From Candidatus Eiseniibacteriota bacterium (GTDB lineage Bacteria > Eisenbacteria > RBG-16-71-46), in contig JBGAOA010000083.1 in NCBI GenBank assembly GCA_044222065.1, forward strand, positions 1 to 16,596: a stretch of 16,596 bases of DNA, given 5' to 3'. A program made the translations under genes and the position numbers. Shown one piece after another: positions 1-7,224 of the stretch. The notes under the pieces are model-generated. The model made no database searches. It was not told where the DNA came from and saw only the letters and a program-made list of their open reading frames with translations. Positions within the stretch are counted from its first letter, which is position 1. Each line of letters starts with the position of its first letter.

Positions 1-2072
1 GTGCGCGCCGCGGCCGTGCCGCGGCCCGCGTGCCACGCGGCCTCCGCGAGCGTGGCGCGCACCGCGCCGCTCGCCGGATGCGCGGACGCCGCGAGCGTCG
101 CGACCGATTCGGCCGCGGCGCCGTTGCCGCCGAGCAGCAGCGCGCGCGAGAACGACAGCAGCGCCGTTTCGTTGCGCGGTTCGAGTCCGAGCGCCTTGCG
201 GTAGAACGGCAGCGCGTCCGCAACGCGGCCGCGTTCGACGCGGTCGTCGCCTCCGGCCGCGTACGCGATCGGGTACGACGCGTTCACGTTGCGGCGGTCC
301 ATGAAGCGCCGCACGAGCGTCTCGAGGTCGGGATCCATCGCCTCGAGCCGCGGGAGCACGACCTCGCGCGGGTCGTACGCATCGCGCTTCGGCGAGTAGA
401 GCGCGTTCGCGCCCTCGGCGAAGTACTCCCACACGCTGCCGCCGGCGTAGCGCGACAGGAACCCCTCGTGCGTGGCGTCGTCGCGGACCTTCGCGCGCCG
501 GTAGTGCTCCTGGATCTCGCGCGCGTCGTCCGCCGGGAGCATGCCGTGCACCTGGTGCGTCAGCTCGTGCAGCACGGTGTTGTAGCGGTCGAAGATCGTG
601 CGCTCGACGTCCTCGATGCCGGTCACCGTGTGGTAGCCGCCGCAGCCGCGCACGTCGTCCCACAGCCGCGAGTCGTAGTTGATGCGCTGGTCGTGCAGCG
701 TCTCGCCGAACGGCGTGTCCGAGAGCAGCATGTAGACGGGCTTGATGTAGTACGTCGAGCCGCCGGCGATCAGCACCGGCAGGAACGCCCGCCACGGCGC
801 GACGGACAGCGCGACGCGCTTCTGGTGGCGCGGCGAGAGCGACCGCCAGTTGAGCACGAACTGCTCGATGCCCGGCACGTCCGGCGCGGGAGCCGCGGCG
901 AAGCGCGCCTCGTAGCCGGCGCGGTGCACGTCCACGACGAAGCGCTGCGCCTCGAGCGCCTTCGCGAGCACCGCGTGCGCGCGTCCGTACTCGGGGCACG
1001 TGGCGAGCGCGGCGAAGCAGCCGTCGCGCGACTCGGCGAAGCGGCCGTCCTCGAAGTCGAGCGACGCGAGCCGCACGCGCGCGTCCACCCACTTCGGCCG
1101 CGCGGCGACGAGCGCGGCGTACGCGCGCCGCGCGCGCTCGCGCGCCCCGGCGGCGAGCAGCGAATCGGCCGCGGAGAGCTTCGCGCGTCCGGCGCGGTCG
1201 GCGAAGTTCGCCGGGTAGGCGGCCGCGAGCTGCGTGTAGTTCTTGCGCGCGTAGCCGTTCCCGAGCAGGTAGTGCGCGGCGTCGTGGAAGGGCGCGAGCT
1301 TCACCGCCCACTCGGCGGCCGAGATCGCGTCGTCCGTACGGCCGAGGCGGATGAGCGTCTCGGTGAGCGCCATGAGCACGTCGGCGCCCGCGTCGTCCTC
1401 GAGTGCGGCGCGCAGCGTCGCGAGCGAGCCGTCCCAGTCGCGCCGCTTCTGCTGGACGAGCGCGAGGCCGGTGCGCGCGCGGGCGCGTTCGGCGCCCGCG
1501 ACGCTGCCCCATGCGGGCGGATCGGCGGGCGCGGGCACGGCGGCGAACGCGCGCGCGAAGCACGACTCGGCGCGCGCGTAGGCGAGCGCGTCGAACGCGA
1601 TGCGTCCGGCCGCGAGCAGCTCGGGGACGTGGCGCGCGTCGTCGGCCGAGGCGACGGCGGCGCGCGTGTCGCCGTCCACGCCCGCGGCGTCGTCGCGCGC
1701 GAGCTTCCACTGAAGCCGCACCGCGCGCGCCTCGGCGTCACCGGGGTCCGCGGGCAGCGACGCCGCGAGGCGCTCGACGGCGTCGAAGTCCTGGGTCGCG
1801 AGCGCGACGCGCGCCTCGAGCACGGCGCGCTCCGCGGGAGAGAGCGTGAGCGCCGCGAGCGCCGCGCGCGCCCGGGCGGGCTCGCCGGTCGCGAGCAGCA
1901 GCTTCACCGTGCCCGCGGTCGGCGCGGCGCCCCGGTCCGCGATCGCGCGCGTGCGCGCCGCGTACTGGCGCGCGACGGGAGCGAAGAGACCCGTGTCCGG
2001 GAGCGCGGCCGCGATCGCGTGCGGGGCAGGAACGGCGAAGAGCAGCGCGAGCACGGCGGAGCGGATGCGCAT
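1..2072 (-). CDS. Secreted TPR-repeat protein with an ATLF/PPEP-1-like (peptidase M34-type) HExxH zinc metalloprotease domain; partial, 3' end outside window
   Basis: Translated by hand from ATG at 2072 (GAGG at 2082-2079); open for 690 codons to the window edge. N-terminus MRIRSAVLALLFAVPAPHAIAA looks like a signal peptide. TPR-like segments include ALTETLIRLGRTDDAISAAEWAVKLAPFHDAAHYLLG and ADALPFYRKALGLEPRNETAL. Protease motifs: WDDVRGCGG (636-662), HELTH (555-569), SRYAGGSVWEYFAEG (EYFAE at 414-428). Confidence 0.9.
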   Translation of the reverse strand, partial: MRIRSAVLALLFAVPAPHAIAAALPDTGLFAPVARQYAARTRAIADRGAAPTAGTVKLLLATGEPARARAALAALTLSPAERAVLEARVALATQDFDAVERLAASLPADPGDAEARAVRLQWKLARDDAAGVDGDTRAAVASADDARHVPELLAAGRIAFDALAYARAESCFARAFAAVPAPADPPAWGSVAGAERARARTGLALVQQKRRDWDGSLATLRAALEDDAGADVLMALTETLIRLGRTDDAISAAEWAVKLAPFHDAAHYLLGNGYARKNYTQLAAAYPANFADRAGRAKLSAADSLLAAGARERARRAYAALVAARPKWVDARVRLASLDFEDGRFAESRDGCFAALATCPEYGRAHAVLAKALEAQRFVVDVHRAGYEARFAAAPAPDVPGIEQFVLNWRSLSPRHQKRVALSVAPWRAFLPVLIAGGSTYYIKPVYMLLSDTPFGETLHDQRINYDSRLWDDVRGCGGYHTVTGIEDVERTIFDRYNTVLHELTHQVHGMLPADDAREIQEHYRRAKVRDDATHEGFLSRYAGGSVWEYFAEGANALYSPKRDAYDPREVVLPRLEAMDPDLETLVRRFMDRRNVNASYPIAYAAGGDDRVERGRVADALPFYRKALGLEPRNETALLSFSRALLLGGNGAAAESVATLAASAHPASGAVRATLAEAAWHAGRGTAAAR

Positions 2073-2098
2073 CGGGGGCCTCGGCGGGATGCCCGGCG

Positions 2099-3415
2099 TC
2101 ACACGCCGGGCATCGCCTTCTTGAGCGGACGGAGCAGCGCGAGCAGCACGAACGCCATGACGAGCGCGCAGCCCGACAGCAGCAGCCAGAACGAGGAGTG
2201 CGGCATGTCGTCCCACAGCTCGCCGATTTGCGTGAGCTTGTTCCCGATCGCGGTCGCGACGAACCAGCCGCCCATCATGATGCCGCGCAGGTGGCGCGGC
2301 GCGACCTTCGAGACGAGCGACAGCCCCATCGGCGACAGCATCAGCTCGCCGAGCGTGAGCACGCCGTAGGCGCCGAGCAGCCAGAACGGCGACACGCGGT
2401 AGTCGTAGACGCCGCCGGGCCCCGCGTGCGCCTCGCCCGACTTCGCGGCGAGGAACAGCACGAAGAACGCGCCGGCGGTCGCGCACATACCGAACATCAT
2501 CTTGAGCGGCGTCGAGGGCTCGCGGCCCTTGCGGTCGAGCCAGCGCCAGAACGCGACGAGCGGGAACGTCAGAAGGATCACCCACATGGGATTGATCGCG
2601 TTCGAGATGATCCCGGACACCTGCCAGTTCGTGTTCTCGTTGGCCCAGTACGTCATCGTCGAGCCGTTCTGGTGGAACACCATCCAGAAGATGATGACGA
2701 TGAGGTAGATCACGATCAGCGCCGCGACCCGCTTCCAGTTCGGCACCGCATCGATCGGCTGAGGCTTCGCGCTCGCTGCCGCGGCCGCCGAGCCGCGGTC
2801 CGTGCCCTCGAGGTGCTTCTTGAAGCGCCACAGGATCGTCACCGAGATCAGCATGCCGAACGCGGCCACCGCGAACGCGGGGTGGAAGCCGAAGCGCGAG
2901 TGGACGAGTTCGGCGATGACCGGGGCGAGGAACGCGCCGACGTTGATGCCCATGTAGAAGATGTTGTACGCGCGGTCCTTCAGGTGGCTGCCCTCGGGGT
3001 ACAGGTTGCCGACCATCGCCGAGACGTTCGGCTTGAAGAACCCGTTGCCGATCACGAGGCACGTCAGCGCGGCGTAGACCGCCGACATCGAGCGGAACGA
3101 CAGCAGCAGGTGGCCCGCCATGAAGAACAGGCCGCCGATCATCACCGCGCGCCGGTAGCCGAGCTTCCGGTCCGCGATCCAGCCGCCGACGAGCGGGCTC
3201 GCGTACACGAACATGAGGTAGTTCGCGTACAGGCGCGTCGCCTGGTCGCTCGTCCAGCCGAAGCCCTGGCCGGTCGTGTCGCGCAGGTAGAGCGTGAACA
3301 TCGCGAGCATCGTGTAGAAGCTGAAGCGCTCCCACATCTCGGTCGCGAACAGCACGTACAGGCCGGGCGGGTGCTTCTCGGCCGCGGACGAATGGGCGGC
3401 GGCGGCGGTGGCCAT
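2099..3415 (-). CDS. POT/PTR family proton-dependent di/tripeptide transporter (MFS), 438 aa
   Basis: ExxERFxxY signature (TEMWERFSFY), GGWIADRKLG, GNGFFKPN, FYMGINVG, GELMLSPMGLS and many TM segments. Start moved to ATG 3415 (MATAAAAHSS), which has GAGGG upstream. Confidence 0.95.
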   Translation of the reverse strand: MATAAAAHSSAAEKHPPGLYVLFATEMWERFSFYTMLAMFTLYLRDTTGQGFGWTSDQATRLYANYLMFVYASPLVGGWIADRKLGYRRAVMIGGLFFMAGHLLLSFRSMSAVYAALTCLVIGNGFFKPNVSAMVGNLYPEGSHLKDRAYNIFYMGINVGAFLAPVIAELVHSRFGFHPAFAVAAFGMLISVTILWRFKKHLEGTDRGSAAAAASAKPQPIDAVPNWKRVAALIVIYLIVIIFWMVFHQNGSTMTYWANENTNWQVSGIISNAINPMWVILLTFPLVAFWRWLDRKGREPSTPLKMMFGMCATAGAFFVLFLAAKSGEAHAGPGGVYDYRVSPFWLLGAYGVLTLGELMLSPMGLSLVSKVAPRHLRGIMMGGWFVATAIGNKLTQIGELWDDMPHSSFWLLLSGCALVMAFVLLALLRPLKKAMPGV

Positions 3416-3546
3416 GGAGCGGTTCCCTCGGGTCTCAGGGCGGACGAGCGACGCGGCATAGTGCCGCCTCGGGCGGCCTGAGGCCAGGCGATTCCCGCAG
3501 GCCGCCGCGCACGCCGTGCCTGCCGCGCCCCGCACCGGAACGACGA

Positions 3547-3574
3547 CGCCCGGCCGCGCGGACGCGACCGGGCG
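3547..3574 (-). terminator. Likely intrinsic terminator hairpin after the carbonic anhydrase gene
   Basis: On the minus strand: 12-bp stem CGCCCGGTCGCG / CGCGGCCGGGCG with one G-U pair and a TCCG loop, 21 nt after the stop, followed by a weak T-containing tail TCGTCGTTCC. Confidence 0.5.
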
Positions 3575-3595
3575 CCGGGACGCGGCGAGCGCCGC

Positions 3596-4381
3596 TCAGT
3601 GCTCGTCGTGCGCCGCGGTCGCGGGCTCCGCCTTCGCGCCGTGCGGCGCGGCCTTCGCCGGCGCCGCGTGCGCGGCCGGCGCGGCGGACCCGCCCGCGGG
3701 CGCGTCCCACATCTCGACGCGGCCGCTCGCCAGCGCGTAGAGCGACGGGACGATCACGACCTCGCCCTTCGTCACCGCCTCGTGGACGATCGCGGAGCGC
3801 GCGACGAGTTCGCGGCACACGGCATCCACGTTCGCGCGCACCGGACGATCGAGCGTCTTGTCGGCCGGATCGAGCGGGATGAACTCCTGCACGCGCGGCC
3901 GGATCGCGCCGACGAGCGATTCGAGGTCGGCGCTCCCCGCGTTCGCGGGCTCGACCGTGAGCGCCGTCTTCACCGCGCCGCACGCATGGTGGCCCATGAC
4001 GACGACGAGCGAGGCGCCGAGGTGCTCGACCGCGTACTCGATGCTCGCGACGGCGGCGGCATCCAGCGTGTTGCCCGCGACGCGGACGACGAACACGTCG
4101 CCGAGACCCTGGTCGAAGACGACCTCGGGCGGCACGCGCGAATCCGAACACGACAGCACGATCGCGCCCGGCTTCTGGCCCGCGGTGAGTTCGCTGCGGC
4201 GCGCGGCGTTCTGGCGCGGATGGAGCACCTTGCCCTCGGCGAACCGTTCGTTGCCCGCGATGAGCTGCGCGAGCGACAGCACGGGCGAGCCGTGCGATGC
4301 GCCGGAAGCGGCGGCGGGAGCGGCGAGCGTCGCGACGGCGGCGAGCGCGGCGAGGGCGGAGCGGAACGAGACGCGCGGCAT
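3596..4381 (-). CDS. Beta-class carbonic anhydrase with N-terminal signal peptide, 261 aa
   Basis: Zn-ligand motifs CSDSRV and GHHACGA (CxDxR...HxxC), GLGDVFVVRVAGN, SIEYAVEHLG, LIAGNERF. GGAGG RBS before the ATG; Ala-rich signal peptide. Confidence 0.95.
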   Translation of the reverse strand: MPRVSFRSALAALAAVATLAAPAAASGASHGSPVLSLAQLIAGNERFAEGKVLHPRQNAARRSELTAGQKPGAIVLSCSDSRVPPEVVFDQGLGDVFVVRVAGNTLDAAAVASIEYAVEHLGASLVVVMGHHACGAVKTALTVEPANAGSADLESLVGAIRPRVQEFIPLDPADKTLDRPVRANVDAVCRELVARSAIVHEAVTKGEVVIVPSLYALASGRVEMWDAPAGGSAAPAAHAAPAKAAPHGAKAEPATAAHDEH

Positions 4382-4478
4382 CGGAATCCTCCGGTCGTGT
4401 GATGGGGGATGGATCGGGATGGAGCCTGCAGAAGCGCAGTCTCGGCGCCGGGTCGCGCGGCTTGAGACCGTGCGCTCC

Positions 4479-4494
4479 GCTACACTGCCGCGCC
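4479..4494 (+). promoter_or_regulatory. Putative -10 element (TACACT) 8 nt before the rluE start; probable leaderless or near-leaderless promoter
   Basis: GC-TACACT-GCCGCGCC-GTG with no Shine-Dalgarno; the same layout occurs before the OPT gene. Confidence 0.55.
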
Positions 4495-5103
4495 GTGGCC
4501 CGCCTGCTCCTTCTCCACAAGCCGTTCCGCGTGATGTGCCAGTTCACCGACCGCGCCGGGCGCGACACGCTCGCGCGCCACGTGGACGTGCCGGGCGTCT
4601 ACCCCGCCGGCCGGCTCGACTACGACAGCGAGGGTCTGCTCGCGCTGACGGATGACGGGGTGCTTCAGGCGCGCATCGCCGATCCGCGCCACGCGCTCGA
4701 AAAGACGTACGTCGTGCAGGTCGAGGGCGAGATCGACGAGCGCGCGCTCGAGCGGCTGCGGCGCGGCGTCGTGCTGAAGGACGGCCGCACGCGGCCTTCG
4801 CGGGCGCGGCGGATCGCCGAGCCCGACCTCGCGCCGCGCGTGCCGCCGATCCGCGTGCGCGCCGCGATCCCGACGCGCTGGATCGAACTCGCGATCTCGG
4901 AGGGCCGCAACCGCCAGGTGCGCCGCATGACCGCCGCGGTCGGCTTCCCGACGCTGCGCCTCGTGCGCGTCGCCGTCGGCCCGTGGGCACTCGACGGGCT
5001 CGCGCCGGGCGAGTGGCGCGACGGCGATCCGCGCGCACTCGAGCGCGCGCCGGCGCGCCGCGCATCGCGGCCGGTGGCGCGGCGTGGAGCGCGCACGCGA
5101 TGA
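4495..5103 (+). CDS. rluE: Pseudouridine synthase, RsuA/RluE family (no S4 domain), 202 aa
   Basis: LLHKPFRVMCQFTD, catalytic GRLDYDSEGLL, KTYVVQVEG, PPIRVRAAIPTRW, EGRNRQVRRMTAAVGFPTLRLVR. Start set at GTG 4495, where homology to RluE begins. Confidence 0.88.
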   Translation: MARLLLLHKPFRVMCQFTDRAGRDTLARHVDVPGVYPAGRLDYDSEGLLALTDDGVLQARIADPRHALEKTYVVQVEGEIDERALERLRRGVVLKDGRTRPSRARRIAEPDLAPRVPPIRVRAAIPTRWIELAISEGRNRQVRRMTAAVGFPTLRLVRVAVGPWALDGLAPGEWRDGDPRALERAPARRASRPVARRGARTR

Positions 5104-6344
5104 CGCGCGAGGACCGCCGACCCGCGGCCTCCGCCGCCTGGCTCGACGACGCGCTCGACTTCGCGGGGCTCGCGCTCGTCGCGCTCTACACGTTCACGGC
5201 GGCGTGGCGTGCGGTGGCGCTCCAGTGGGACTACCGCGTGTACCTGCGTGCGGCCGAGGCGGCGCGCGCGGGCTTCAATCCCTATCACCTCGACGAACTC
5301 ATGGCCGCGACCGGCACGCCGGTCGCGCTGCCGTTCCTCTACCCGCCGATCACGCTGCTGCCGTTCGCGGCGCTCGCGTCGCTGCCGCCCGCCGCGGCGC
5401 TCGCGACGTGGATGACGCTCAAGCTCGTGCTGCTCGCCGGGCTCGCGCTGCTCTGGAAGCGGCTGCTGCCCCGGTCGGTCGGCTGGCTGCCGCTCGCGCT
5501 CGTCACGGTGTTCGGCTCGAACGGCGCGGCGCTCTGGGACCTGCGCGCGGGCAACGTCGGCATCGTCGAGGCCGCGCTCGTGTGGGGCGCGCTCGCGGCG
5601 TTCGTCGCCGGACGACGCGTCGCGTTCGCAGCACTCCTCGTCGCGGCGGCGTGCTTCAAGTTCGCGCCGCTCGCGCTGCTGCTGCTGCTGTTCGCGCCGC
5701 CCGCGAACGCGCGCCGCGCTGCGGTGACGTTCGGCGCCGCGCTCGCGGCGTTCGCGCTGCTGCTGTTCGGGCCGCTGCTGTTCCCGCCGGCGAACGCGTG
5801 GGGCGGATTCCTCTCGCACCTGCCGGGCGAGCTTCCGGTCGGCGACGCGAATCCGAGCCTCCACGCGCTCGCGACGAGCTACGCGCGCGGCGTGATCGCC
5901 GATCCCGGCAGGGCTCGCCTCGCGGCGCTCGTCGCGTGGGGACTCGTCGTCGCGCTCGTGCTGATTGCGAGCCGCCGCTGGCTCGAAGAGACCCTGCGGC
6001 GTCGCGACCCGGTGCGCACGGCGTTCGGGGCCGCGTACCTGTTCGTGCTGCTCGCGCCGCGGCCGATGGCTTACGGCTTCGCGCTGCTCGCGCCCGCGCC
6101 GCTCTACTTCGCCCCGCGGCCCTTCGACTCGCCGTCGGGGCGGATCGTGCTCGCGCTCGTGTTCGCGGCCCAGGGGCTGTTGCGCGCGGCGAACGTCGGA
6201 ACGCACTCGACGCTGCTGATGCACGCGCCATCGCTCCTCGCGCTCGCCGTCTGGCTGCTGATCGTGGTCGCGCCGCCGCAGGCCGGCGGCGCGCGGCCGG
6301 AATCTCGCGGGCCGCGGGAACGTCCAAGCGGTCCCGGGCATTAG
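5100..6344 (+). CDS. GT87/DUF2029-like (GT-C fold) polytopic membrane glycosyltransferase, 414 aa
   Basis: WDYRVYLRAA...GFNPY...PFLYPP, GNV and KFAP motifs with about 10 hydrophobic segments. ATG 5100 overlaps the rluE stop (ATGA). Confidence 0.75.
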   Translation: MTREDRRPAASAAWLDDALDFAGLALVALYTFTAAWRAVALQWDYRVYLRAAEAARAGFNPYHLDELMAATGTPVALPFLYPPITLLPFAALASLPPAAALATWMTLKLVLLAGLALLWKRLLPRSVGWLPLALVTVFGSNGAALWDLRAGNVGIVEAALVWGALAAFVAGRRVAFAALLVAAACFKFAPLALLLLLFAPPANARRAAVTFGAALAAFALLLFGPLLFPPANAWGGFLSHLPGELPVGDANPSLHALATSYARGVIADPGRARLAALVAWGLVVALVLIASRRWLEETLRRRDPVRTAFGAAYLFVLLAPRPMAYGFALLAPAPLYFAPRPFDSPSGRIVLALVFAAQGLLRAANVGTHSTLLMHAPSLLALAVWLLIVVAPPQAGGARPESRGPRERPSGPGH

Positions 6345-6464
6345 GCTCTGTCTGAGAAGCCCGAGTGCAAGGCGCGAGCGAGCGACGAGCGAGGCGTATC
6401 TGCAGGATACTCCGCAGCGAGAAGCGAGCGAGAAACGCTGCAATCGGGCTTCTCAGACAGAGCC
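6344..6464. mobile_element. MITE-like non-autonomous element, 121 bp, perfect 21-bp terminal inverted repeats, flanked by TA
   Basis: GGCTCTGTCTGAGAAGCCCGA (6344-6364) and TCGGGCTTCTCAGACAGAGCC (6444-6464). After one mismatch the repeat extends by TGCA/TGCA. TA lies on both sides (6342-6343, 6465-6466). Internal hairpin GTATC-TGCAG-GATAC at 6396-6410. Too short to encode a transposase. Confidence 0.75.
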
Positions 6465-6510
6465 TAGGACCCGCGAGGCCGCTCGTCGCACCACTTCGGG
6501 GGAGTCACCC

Positions 6511-7152
6511 ATGACGTTCCGCTCGTCCGTCTTCTCGCTCGCACTCGCACTCGCGTTCGCCTCGGGCCTCGCCATCGCGTCTCCCGCACCGGGACCCGCG
6601 CCGCCGCGGAACGGCGTCGCGATTTTCGCGATGGGCTGCTTCTGGTGCGGCGAAACGCAGTTCGAAGGGCAGCGCGGCGTGCTCTCGGTCGTCTCGGGGT
6701 ACACGGGCGGCAAGGAGCAGAACCCGACCTACGAGCAGGTCAGCTCGCACCTGACCGGGCACTACGAGTCGGTGAAGGTGACGTTCGATCCTGCGAAGAC
6801 GAGCTACGAGAAGCTGCTCGACGTGTTCTGGCACAGCGTGGATCCGACGCAGGACAACGGTCAGTTCTGCGACCACGGGCACCAGTACCTGTCGGTCGTG
6901 TTCGTGCAGGACGACTCGCAGCGGCGCGCGGCGGAGGCGTCGAAGGCGGCGATCCAGAAGAGCGGCGTGCTGAAGAAACCGATCGTCACGGCGATCCTGC
7001 CGGCAGCGACCTTCTGGCCCGCGGAGCAGTACCACCAGGACTTCTGGAAGAAGGACCCCGAGCGCTACCGGTCCTACCGCGAGGGCTGCGGCCGCGACCG
7101 GCGCCTGCGCGAACTGTGGGGCGCGAAGGCGGCCGTGCCGCTCGTGCACTGA
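6511..7152 (+). CDS. msrA: Peptide methionine sulfoxide reductase MsrA with signal peptide, 213 aa
   Basis: FAMGCFWC, SGYTGG, NPTYEQV, TGHYESV, DPTQDNGQFCDHGHQY, FWPAEQYHQDF. GGGGAG RBS; N-terminal hydrophobic signal. Confidence 0.95.
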   Translation: MTFRSSVFSLALALAFASGLAIASPAPGPAPPRNGVAIFAMGCFWCGETQFEGQRGVLSVVSGYTGGKEQNPTYEQVSSHLTGHYESVKVTFDPAKTSYEKLLDVFWHSVDPTQDNGQFCDHGHQYLSVVFVQDDSQRRAAEASKAAIQKSGVLKKPIVTAILPAATFWPAEQYHQDFWKKDPERYRSYREGCGRDRRLRELWGAKAAVPLVH

Positions 7153-7176
7153 GGCGCGATTCGGGCGTCAACGAAA

Positions 7177-7206
7177 CGGGCCCGGAGGCGGACGTCTCCG
7201 GGCCCG
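7177..7206. terminator. Intrinsic terminator hairpin between convergent msrA and FlgD-Ig protein genes
   Basis: Perfect 11-bp stem CGGGCCCGGAG / CTCCGGGCCCG with an 8-nt loop; followed by TTTCGTTG on the minus strand. Confidence 0.7.
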
Positions 7207-7224
7207 CGCCGTTCGCGGCGAGCG

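Noticed and set aside
30..2369. 779-aa plus-strand ORF
   Set aside because: Arg-rich antisense shadow of the minus-strand TPR-protease and POT genes; no motifs, and expected at this GC content.
6344..6464. Element read as a simple terminator, CRISPR repeat or tRNA
   Set aside because: Arms are 79 nt apart with no U-tract, there is no repeat-spacer series and no cloverleaf; TIR plus TA flanks fit a MITE better.
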